DNA of 63,973 bases. Origin: Vitrella brassicaformis CCMP3155. Lineage: Eukaryota > Protista > Chromerida. The position numbers were made by a program, and so were the translations under genes. Where the stretch lies: the NCBI GenBank assembly GCA_001179505.1, contig CDMY01000305.1, positions 186,028-250,000 on the forward strand, in the 5' to 3' direction. The notes under the pieces were generated by a model that was given only the letters and a program-made list of their open reading frames with translations, did not search any database and had not been told where the DNA came from. Of this stretch, positions 49,576-60,262 are shown piece after piece. How positions within the stretch are numbered: the first letter of the stretch is position 1; the number at the start of each line of letters is the position of its first letter.

Positions 49576-51066
49576 CGCCGACACATACTGCTCTATGGCA
49601 TGGTCCAGATTCCCATCGAGCTCTGCCGCCTCTCCTGTTGCTGAAGCGATGTCACCACCACCGGCCCTGAAACGAGATAAAGGGAAGGACAGAGAGCATG
49701 CACACGCAGTTGTTTGGGTAGGAGGTAGGCAGGCAGGCCCACCGGGCCACTAAGCGCTGCTCGACGGGGAGCAGTTCGGCAAGGGCAGGAGGCTCCGCGT
49801 CCGTTGTTGGTCGGACGAGCACACCATACACCACATTCTTGCCGCACTGCTTCGACTTCCACTCCAAAACCTATCGATGGATAGATGGACGGATGGATGG
49901 ATCAGTCAATCAATCAAGGAGAGGAGTGCTGTCTGTCTGTCTGTCTGTCAGTCTGTGTGTTTGTGTGTGTGTGTGTGTGTTTGTGTTTGTGTGGACCGAC
50001 AGTCCAGTCGGGCGGCCAGTTGGACCGATTGTGGACGGTTCTCGCGTACACCGAGTCCTTGGCTGAGGAGGAGGGCCGGGAGCAAACACCAACAGACAGC
50101 GGCGTGACCAGGCTGACTGACCAGGCGGCTGCAGGTATCCGCTCTCTCATCTCATCTCATCTCATGTCACCTCTGCTGGCGACAGTCGGAAATTGTTGAG
50201 CGGAATCGTTGACCATATAGGCCTCCGGGTCGATGCGCACCTGCAGCACCACGTAACACCACCGGCCACGATCAACCTAGGGAGGGAGGGAGGCACACGC
50301 AAACGAACCAGCAGACATTGAGTACCGACTTGACTCGGGGGATGGATGGGAATTGTCCGTCCGTCCGTCCACTCACTCACTCACGATGAGTGCCTCGGAG
50401 TATGCTTTTGCGTAGTCGAGGGATGGGGTGCAGAAGGTGAAGAACTGCCCGGGGATGTGGCCCGGCAAAATGCGGATCTGGATGTTGTCGGGGATCTTGA
50501 GCAGCCGGTCCTTCACGATGACCGGCACCGTCCTGCGCCGGGTGCCGTGGTAGGCAGGTAACCTACACACAACCAACCAAAAGCAGCCAAAAGAACCGAA
50601 CGATCCATCCATCCATCCACCGATGTATCGGTGGTCAGTGAGTACCATTCCCCTGACATTTCCTTCTCATCGGGCTGCAGCTTGATGCCGACCCGGTACC
50701 AGCCTACCGGCGGCATGTAGCACACCGACGATGGGCCTCTGACGACGGATGGGGATGGGACGGGCGAACCACACACAAACAAACACACACATCCATGCAG
50801 AAAAACAGACAGAGCGTGTGTGTGTGTGTGTGTGTGGCTGAGTGGTTCCTCCCTCCCTCCCTCTGGATTGCCTGCCTCGCGTAATATTGGTTGGCAGGCT
50901 CCGTGTAGCACTTGGGGCAGAAGCACTTGTCGTATCTGCAGATTTATCAAGGAAGCAGCGCACTCATTGCAAACACACATTCACTCATCGATCTCCATCC
51001 ACTGTGAGAGCAGTGAGCCGCCCACCTCTCGTCGAGCAACTCAGGGGAAACACCGAGCTGCCGCAT
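49576..51066 (-). CDS. NEURL4-type ART-like gene, copy 3 (3' end in gap); candidate start MRQLG at 51066
   Basis: The full ART core exons are present and carry substitutions relative to copies 1 and 2 (e.g. EMSGEW vs EMSEEW). Confidence 0.68.
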
Positions 51067-51156
51067 CGCCTTGAACCAAACAGACACACAGACACACACA
51101 CACACACAGACATACACGCCGTGCTGCAGTGTGTTGAAGGCAGATGGTGATTGGTT

Positions 51157-51935
51157 CAGAATCAATCATGGCGATGCCTGCCTGCTTCCATGCTGTGTGC
51201 GCGTGTGTGCTGTATGATGTGCGTACATACCTTATCGGCGAGATCCTTCATGCGACAGGGACCGCCATCCATAGCACTGGATGCAGCGCAGCCCATCGAT
51301 GGTCGCCGTCACAGTGTCATGCATTCACGTGTGTACTGCTTCCCACAGACGGTAGTGCGTTGCCTGGGCGTACCATCTGCCGATTTCTCAGTGCAAGCTT
51401 GCGACAAAACGGCCTGTGCCCAGTTGGGGAGCCTCTGTGGTGCAGAAACCTACTACTTCACTCACTGCCAAGTAAGATATCAACCAGAGGACACACCAGG
51501 GCCTGTGGCTATCTATCGTAGCTGTGCAGGTGTGGAGCGCTTGTACGGGGCTGGTTGCCAAAGAGCATTCATTCACGGAAGTAAGACAGAGATGCATATA
51601 CATACAGACCAATGCACAGCCTCGTCCACACACGACGAAAAAGATAAAAAGAACGTCAGATAAAAAGAACGTCATCGCGCGCACACGCAGACAGACACAG
51701 GAAGGGAATACCTGCACTGTCTGTCAGTCTACAGTCCCTGTGCAGGGAGCTTGCAAGCACCCTACCCTACATTCCCTTTCGTGTGAGTCCTGCCTGCGCA
51801 ATGTTGCGTCTGCTCGTCTGTCACCAACAAATCGTGTTTGTGGCTCTTGGTCGATCATGGTGTCTGAACATGGCATGGCTGCCTGGACATCTGAAGCATT
51901 CAAGCACTCTTCTCAGAACTGACACAACAGACAGG

Positions 51936-51966
<31 letters not shown>

Positions 51967-52843
51967 CCTCAGCCTTGTCTGCGTGTGTCTGCGCTCTTGC
52001 TCACCCGTTCGGTCGTCTGTCAACGATGTCATAGAACGACCGCACCCAGTCGCGCCATGAGTGCTCACCTGACAGACAGACACACGGACACACGGCTTGG
52101 CCAGTCCATCAACGTCAGCTGACTGCTGCAAGCTCTGTCTAACCTGCGACAAACACGTGAATGGGGTTCTCCTTGGTCGTGCCTTCTGTCGTGAACACGT
52201 CGACTATCCGCTCCTGTCTGTCCCGCTCTGCCCCTTCTCCCCAAAACTCCAGACGCGCCGCATCCACGCCTTTCAGGGTGACGCTGTAGCCCCGAAGAAT
52301 ACGCCCGCACAGGCCTTCCAGGGTCTCTTCGGGATAGAAGCAGATCGCAGCAGGGGGCTTAATCTCCAGACCTCGATGTACACACACGTACTTGGCAATC
52401 GCGCGGGGTCTGACCTCTTCGCTCGTCATTTGGTTGCTTTGACCAGCGAGCCAAGCTCTGCGCACCCGGGTCTGCGCTTTCACCGACGAAGATTTCGTCA
52501 CTTGCTGCCGTCTGAGAATCGGCGCCACCCAACACCCAACAGCTGGACCCCTATTGCGACCACCTTCTCCGCTGCGGCACAGAATCAATCATGGCGGTGC
52601 TTGCCTGCTTCCTTGCTGTGCGCGTGTGTGCTGTATGGCGTGCGAACCTTATCGGCGAGATCCTTCATGCGACAGGGACCGCCATCCATGGCACTGGATG
52701 CAGCGCAGCCCATCGATGGTCGCCGTCACAGTGTCATGCATTCGCGTACTGCTTCCCACAGACGGTAGTGCGTTGCCAGATCTGCTGCTTTGAGAGAGCG
52801 TTTTCACGCCTTTAAGTCAATGCAAGCTTGCGACAGAACGGCC
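51157..52843. repeat. Direct repeat pair of about 260 bp: 51157-51414 and 52580-52843
   Basis: Both start cagaatcaatcatggcg, share accttatcggcgagatccttcatgcgacagggaccgccatcc..cagacggtagtgcgttgcc and end tgcaagcttgcgaca(a/g)aacggcc. Confidence 0.9.
51900..52429 (-). CDS. Small protein (about 122 aa) resembling a Crinkler-type N-terminal ubiquitin-like header
   Basis: Exons 52429-52144, 52068-52005 and 51918-51900 join in phase: MTSEEVRPRAIAKYVCVHRG..ETLEGLCGRILRGYSVTLKGVDAARLEFW..IVDVF..NPIHVFVAGEHSWRDW..SEKSA*. Confidence 0.6.
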
Positions 52844-52866
52844 CGGTGAACAGATGAGCGCAGTGT

Positions 52867-53416
52867 ATGCGCTTGTGTAGCCTAGGCGCCACCCTTCGAC
52901 GCCTTGTAGACAAGCCAGCAGCCAGAGACCCGCTCCCTCCCCCGCTTCGACCGCTACCGCCACCCCACCACCGCTTCTCGTCGACAACGACCATGGCGCG
53001 GCGTGCTGAGGCAGGCACCGCCCACGCTCTCGGCGGCGAGGGCAGCAACCGGCTGGGAGGACCCTTCACGCCCACCAAGCAGCCGGAGTACGTTCCGCAT
53101 CGCATCGCCCTGTTTGAGCAGTGCTTCAAGGACCAGGAAGATGCCAGAAGGGGTACCCCACGCTGCCGTCAACACACATCTGCCTCGTCATCTCACCATT
53201 TTCATGTGTGTGTGTGTGTGTCAGCGAAAGCTGGGCGTCCCATCAATATCGAGCTGCCCGACGGGACGGTCAAGACGGGCACGGCATTCGAGACGACCCC
53301 CCACACCATCGCCGCAGAGATCTCGAAAGGACTCGCCAACGCTGTCATCGTCGCCAAGGTGAGGGAACCATCACAGTCCATTCGCACACACGGAGGGGTG
53401 CCTTACATCTCTCTCC

Positions 53417-53451
<35 letters not shown>

Positions 53452-56400
53452 TCTGTAGGTGTTCTACACCGAGACCATGTCGGGTGAGGAGGGCCTGGTG
53501 GCCGCCGACGATGACGAAGAGGACGAGGCGGAGGAGATCGGTAAGGGGGAGAGAGAGAGACGGAGGACCAACCGCATTTCTTTCCTTCTCTCATTGCCTG
53601 CCTGTCTGTGCCTGGATGTCTGTGTGTGTTCAGCGGAGTCAAAGATCTGCCAGGAGTATGCGTCGAAGTTAGAGACGGACAAGGGGGAGCTATGGGACCT
53701 GCATCGGCCCCTGGAGGGCAGCTGCCGGATGAAGCTGCTCAAGTTCGACGACCCTGAGGGCCAGCACTGCTTCTGGCACTCATCAGCGCATATCCTCGGT
53801 AGGTACACACACACGGCACCCCCACAGCCGCAGAGCACACAGATGTTGTGGTGTGTGGTGTTATGTTATTGTCTGTCGTGTGCAGGTCAGTGTCTGGAGG
53901 CAGAGTACGGATCTCATCTCACGGTCGGCCCGGCGCTCACATCCGGCTTCTACTACGACTGCTACATGGGCGACACGGTCAGTCAGCTGGCAGCCAGCCC
54001 AGGCAACACACCACCAACACGACACAGAGAGAGGATGCTTTGTCTGATATGTCTGATTTGTGTGTGTTGTGTGTGTGTGTGCAGCCACTGACCCAGGAGG
54101 CCTTCCCGGTGCTCAACAAGCATGCTGAGCGGATAGCCAAGGAGGACCAGAAGTTCCACCGCCTCGTCATCGCCAAGGAGCAGGCTCTCGAGATGTTCAA
54201 GGTGAGCAGCACACACACACAAACATGGTATGTCCATGTGTGTGTGTGTGTGTGTGACATACCATGTTTGTGTGTGTGTGTGTCGCTGTGTGTGTTTGTG
54301 TGTTGTGTGTTGTGTGTCGTTAGCACAACCCGTTCAAGGTGGCGCTGATCAGCAACAAAATCCCCGACGGCGGCAAGACCACCTGCTATAGGTACGCACA
54401 GGCTCACACACATTCTCCCTCCCACCCACACACACACACAGGGGTGCCCTTATCTGAAGTCACGTGGATTGGTGTGTGTTATGATGCCAGGTGTGGTCCA
54501 CTGATCGACCTGTGTAAGGGCCCCCATCTGCCGTCGACTGGCAAGGTCAAGGCGTTCGAGGCCTTCAAGAACTCCTCCGCCTACTGGCTGGGCAAAAGCG
54601 ACAACGGTGCGGTGGTCACACTCACACCCACATCAACACACAGATGGATGCCATGCACTCATCTCTCTCTGTGTGTGTGTGTGTGTGTGTGTCCATCTGC
54701 AGATTCGCTGCAGCGCGTGTACGCGATTTCGTTCCCCGACAAGAAACAGCTCACCGAACACAAAAGGTGAGCGTCGCTACACACACACACACATGGATGG
54801 ATGGATGGATGGCCTACATGCGCCGACCCTGTGTGTTTGTATGTGTGGGTGCAGGCTGATAGCGAAGGCCGAGGAGCTTGATCACCGCAAGGTCGGGGCC
54901 AAGCAGGACCTCTACTTCTTCGACTCAAACGTCTCACCTGGTACCCACAGAGACAGACAGACAGACAGCCAGACAGACAGAGGATGGGGCGATCGGGGGT
55001 GGTGGCCTTGGCCTTCTTGTGTGTGTGTGGGTTTGTGGGTTTGCAGGCTCGTGTTTCTGGCTGCCCATGGGCACGCGGATCTACAACAAACTCATAGACT
55101 TCATGAAGGTCCGCAGACGCACAGACACCCACACCCACCGGGCCACACACTCACATTCTCTCCTCCCTCCCTCTCTCTCTGTCTCTCTCTCCGTGTGTGT
55201 GTGTGTGTGTGCTCAGAGCGAGTACCGGCTGCGAGGTTTCCACGAGGTCATCTCCCCCAACATCTACAGCTGCGACCTGTGGAAGACCAGCGGGCACTAC
55301 CAGAACTACAAAGAGAATATGTACACGTTCGACGTCGAGAAGCAGGAGTGGGGGCTCAAACCCATGAACTGCCCCGGTCCGAACGAATGCACCCACACAG
55401 AGAGACCCATGGGTGGAGGGATGGAGAGATGTGTGTGTGTGTGTGTGCTTGGTGGCGGATGGTGCGTGCGGCAGGCCACTGCATCATGTTCCAGAAGATG
55501 GCCCCGTCATACAAACAGCTGCCAGTCAGGTAAACAAACGCTGCTGCCTCAACAACACACACCATCACACCCGTCAGTCACATCAATCACACGCCACCAC
55601 CCATTCATTGATGTGTTGTGTTGTGTGTCGTTTCTGTCTGCGTCAGGTTGGCTGATTTCGGTGTGTTGCATCGCAACGAGGTGAGCGGTTCCCTGACGGG
55701 CCTCACGCGGGTCCGCCGCTTCCAGCAGGACGACGCACATATCTTCTGCAGACCAGACCAAATCACAGTACGGACACACTCACACACACACAGACAGAGA
55801 GAGAGAGAGACGGTTGTGTGTGTGTGTGTGTGTGTTTGGTAGGACGAGGTGATGGCGGCGCTGGACTTTCTGTTCTTCGTCTACAAGAGCTTCGGCTTCG
55901 AGTTCGAGCTCAAGCTCTCCACCAGACCCAAGAAGGCGCTCGGTAGGACAACGTGCCACCAGACTGAGACTGCCACTGCATGGTCTCTCTGTGCGTGTCT
56001 GGGTGGTAGGTGCGGTGGACATGTGGGACGAGGCCGAGAAGGACCTGGCAGAGGCACTCGAGAGCACCGGGCTCCCATGGTACACAGCCACAGCTCCCCA
56101 CCCCCACACAGACCCTATATGTGTGCGGCATACGTCCATTCTCTCTCAGGGAGTTGAACCCCGCCGACGGTGCCTTTTATGGTCCCAAGATCGACATCAA
56201 GCTGTCCGACGCTCTGAAGCGCACCCACCAGTGCGGCACGATCCAGCTGGACTTCCAGCTGCCCATCCGGTTCAACCTCCAGTACAAGACCGAGGAGGTC
56301 ACCACCGGGGCAGCTGGTGGCGGTGGTGGTGGTGGCAAAGGAGGTCAGTCCGCACCCGACGCACCCACGGCGAATGGCGCCGCTGGTGATGCCGCTTCGG

Positions 56401-57995
56401 CTCAGCCGGCGGCCGGCAGCAGCAAGGGCGGCGAGGAGTTCCAGGAGGGCGTGCTCAAGCCCGGACACAAGAGACCCGTCATCATCCACCGAGCCATCCT
56501 CGGTAGGCCATTGGGACACACACACCATCCACCCACACACAACACACCCGGTGTGTTGTGTGGACCTTTTCCCCTGTCAGGCTCTGTTGAGCGCATGGCG
56601 GCCATCCTGGTTGAGCACACGGAAGGCCGGTTCCCCTTCTGGCTGAGCCCTAGACAGGCCATTGTGTGTCCGATATCGGAGAAGAGCCACCACTACGCCC
56701 TGTGGGTCAGGCAGACACTCCAAGACCACGGTGAGATGAGACGGATGGATGTGTGTAGACAGAGAGGGAGGGAGGGAGAGAGGGAGAGAGAGAGAGAGGC
56801 CGGATCCAAGGCATACGCGAGAGCGGAGTTCGCTGTTCGCTGTGTGCAATTTCACCCAGCCGAGAGAGAGATATAGTCGGTTATTATTCGGTCACTCCCC
56901 CCCTGCACATATCAGATGCACACACATGGGAGCCGGCCATGCCCTGATGCGACACAACACTTCTTCCCTTCCCTCTGTGTGTGTGTGTGTGCAGGTTACT
57001 ACGTCGAAGCGGACACTTCGAGTGCCACTGTCAACAAGAAGATCTTGAACGCGCAGCACGCCCAGTGGAACTACATTCTCGTTGTTGGTGCGCAGGCAGT
57101 GATCAATGACACACTGCACTGCAGCTCCCAGACCCCCAGGGAGGCACATAGCAACCATCCATGTGCATGTGTGTGTGGCATACAGGCGAGAAGGAGAGCC
57201 AGAGCGGCACCATCACCGTGCGGCGGAGAGAGGACGGCCCGAAGGACCAGGTGAGCTGACGCACAGCCTTCAACCAAGCCTCTCACCGTTTCCTTCCCTC
57301 TCTGTCAGGTCGAGATGGCCATGCCCCAGCTACTGGAGCTCTTCGCCTCCCTCGGCACGCCCTGCTCCAAGAACTTGAACAGCTTCAAGGCCTACCAGCC
57401 ACCAGGCTCCCACAAGCAGGAACACCAGCAAAACCAGGTGGTCAATGGCACCATCAATGGCACCACCCTGATGCACGCTGACAACCCCGGCCCCCGAGAG
57501 TCGCCCACCAACAACCCTGGCAGCAAGAAGGCCCACCAGTCACTCGGCGATAAGGTGCGCTACACAGCCAGCCGCAGGACACTTGACACTTGATGTATCC
57601 GCGCCTGTGGTGCGTTTGGTTCAGTTGCGGCGGTCTGGTTCGCTCACGGTGGAGATATCCGATGACGGCGACCTCGGTGAGTTAGCGAATGAATGGATGG
57701 CCACTGATCGACCGGCGGCTGGGTACTATTGTGTGCGTGTTGGTGCAGAAGCGGTGTTGGAGCAGCAACCGTTCATCGGGGGTTTCAGGCCGAGCAGGCG
57801 TGATGCGGATCTGTACCAGCAGGTCGTCGCATCCAACGTGCCGCCCAAGACGCCTAACATGATAAGATGGTCAGTCAGTCATCGGCTGAGCCGCGCCCGA
57901 CAGCCAGCAGAGCTGTGTGTGTGTGTGTGTGTGTGTGTGTCAGGTATGAGCAGGTGGCGCACTTCAACGAGGACCAGCGGGCCACCTGGCGATGA
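52867..57995 (+). CDS. TARS: Threonyl-tRNA synthetase (eukaryotic type) with an N-terminal extension and a spliced C-terminal EF1B/GST-like domain
   Basis: TGS domain (IELPDG), [91 protein letters not shown] and PFWLSPRQ. Terminal exons are 57625-57676, 57749-57869 and 57944-57995. Confidence 0.96.
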
Positions 57996-58408
57996 TCTGT
58001 CCATCCACTCGTAAACGAGTGGCTGGCTGTGTGCCGGTCTGTCTGTCTGCCTGTCCGTGTGTGTCTCTGTATGTGTGTGTGTGTGTTGCGTTCCTTCCTT
58101 TCATGGTGATGACGTGTGTATTGTGCCGCGTGTCGATGTTTTGGATTTTTTGTGAGTGTGTCTGTCTGTCTATGGTATGTATGGTGCATTGCATGCCATG
58201 CCCCTCACTCACCTTGTCTGTCGTGCTGTGTGGATGCCTGACAATTCAATCAACAAAGGGATGGATGGAGGGATGGATGTGCACGTGTGGCGAGTGAGTC
58301 TTCATGCATCGCCTTCAATTTTGATATGTATGTGGCCATGGGGTGGCTGGCTATGGGTGGGTGCTTCATGCATGTGCGGTGTGGTGCCTGTCGTGAGCTG
58401 AGCAGTGT

Positions 58409-58800
58409 CTGTCAGTGAGGCTCGGCGCCGCATGACGTCGAGGGGCGTCGGCGTCATGCNNNNNNNNNNNNNNNNNNNNNNNNNNNNNNNNNNNNNNNNN
58501 NNNNNNNNNNNNNNNNNNNNNNNNNNNNNNNNNNNNNNNNNNNNNNNNNNNNNNNNNNNNNNNNNNNNNNNNNNNNNNNNNNNNNNNNNNNNNNNNNNNN
58601 NNNNNNNNNNNNNNNNNNNNNNNNNNNNNNNNNNNNNNNNNNNNNNNNNNNNNNNNNNNNNNNNNNNNNNNNNNNNNNNNNNNNNNNNNNNNNNNNNNNN
58701 NNNNNNNNNNNNNNNNNNNNNNNNNNNNNNNNNNNNNNNNNNNNNNNNNNNNNNNNNNNGAGGGGCGTCGGCGTCATGCGGCGCCGAGCCTCACTGACAG
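58409..58800. repeat. Perfect 29-bp inverted repeat spanning an assembly gap
   Basis: 58409-58437 ctgtcagtgaggctcggcgccgcatgacg is the exact reverse complement of 58772-58800. Confidence 0.95.
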
Positions 58801-58916
58801 CAGCACTCTGACCCAACCATGGTGGATGGATGGATGGAGACAGTCGTGCATCTCTCGAAAGCAGTGCAGTGGTCTTGGTGTGTTCAATGTCCATGCCACA
58901 CAAGTTGACTGTATCG

Positions 58917-59968
58917 TCAGATCTTCTTTGTGGTCCGCGTGTCAGGCCGCCTGACCCCGCGGGAATGCTGGTGGGAAGACTGCGCATTCGCGGCACACAG
59001 TCCATACGCCGACATCTCCGAGGTGGGACACGGACAGTCAGTCTCATGAATGACACACTGGGAGTATTGCTCACTCACGAGTCATTTCATTGTCACGGCT
59101 GCCGTTCAAACAGAAAAACACCTTGAATCCCATCTCATCTCACCTCGTGCCCTCTCGCAACACATCACGCTTGTTGAGTCCTGTTCCCCTCCCCCCCTCT
59201 CCACAGCCCCATCAGCACCGTCCCCTCCCTCTCCCGCCCTCCCCCCGGCCGACACTCGTCGCCCACAGCCCACTTCTCCTCTTTCCCCTCATAAGGCAGC
59301 TTCTCGGGACAGCACTCGTCCTTGTCCTTCGTCCGCCCCTCCACCGTGCACACAATCTCCAGGCAGTCCCGCCAGCATGATGGGTTTAGGTAGTACGTCG
59401 CGGCCTCTTTATCTGACCTGACGCAGTCTCTCTGCGAGAGGACGCCGAACGACGTTTCGAGCACTGCGTCGCCGTATGTGGCCAGGGGGTCGGAGAGGAC
59501 ATCGCAGAGGTGAAAGGGGGCGAGGTATGCGAACCTGTCAGGGGCCACAGACAGGCGAGCCTCACCGTAGGTCTTGCAGGCGCCCCGGTGCTCCTGCAGC
59601 AGACACACGATGAACAAACACTGCAGCTCACGACGATGCACCCAAACGCATCTGAGTGCATGGCTCACCCACGATGGATAGCACTGCCCCGCGTCAAAGT
59701 AGGCGGTCATCCACTCCTCTCTGTATTGAGTGCCGTTGAAGAGTCGCTGCCGCCAGTTGTTGTTGAAGCACCAGAGGCAGAGGCCTGAGTGCCGCTCGCA
59801 CTCGTCTCGTGTGGCCTGCTTGGGGCAGACGTATTTGCTCCGCACCTCGTGCACCAGCCCCATGGGCGAGAGAGGCAGCCGGGCAGCCCCACATGGCCTC
59901 AGCAGCAAAGACACTGACGAAAGGAAGAACGCCATCGCGCCGAGCGAGGGAAGTGACACTGTCAGCAT
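58917..59968 (-). CDS. Secreted Cys-rich hypothetical protein; 3' exon structure uncertain
   Basis: Signal-like MLTVSLPSLGAMAFFLSSVSLLLRPCGAA; CPKQATRDECERHSGLCLWC, CWRDCLEIVC..ECCP and a putative last exon CVIHETDCPCP..KKI*. Confidence 0.55.
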
Positions 59969-60262
59969 TGTCCCTCCCAGGCAATCTTGAAGGCCGCCGA
60001 TGAATCTGTCTGCACAGATAGGTGCCGTGCATTGCTGCTGTGTGTCTTTGAAGCCATCTATGATGCACATCATCGTTGCGTACCACTGTGAGTGTGAATC
60101 AACGGGACGGGCGAAGATGAATGATCTTGAAAGATCAGAGCAGGACGATGGATGCATGGACACTGGGGAGTCAAGTTCCCAGGAAGCAGCAGCGGTTCAC
60201 CCACGGAGGACTGCGAGCTTTTGACTGCGACATTTTTGAGCTCGCAGCACTTCTCCCCTCGA

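Larger units (their letters stand above)
42484..51075. repeat. Tandem segmental duplication, unit about 3 kb: copy 1 42484-45640, copy 2 47645-49275 (ends in gap), copy 3 49576-51075 (starts in gap)
   Basis: Near-identical sequence starts tgacactc..accaaacttcgacg at 42484 and 47645 and ends ccgcatcgccttgaa at 45640 and 51075. 44620-45119 repeats 43820-44319 across a gap, probably an assembly overlap. Confidence 0.92.
1728..58759. other. Seven 300-N scaffold gaps: 1728-2027, 6558-6857, 33626-33925, 42143-42442, 44320-44619, 49276-49575, 58460-58759
   Basis: Identical lengths. Several gaps are flanked by G/C homopolymers or by duplicated flanking sequence. Confidence 0.98.
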
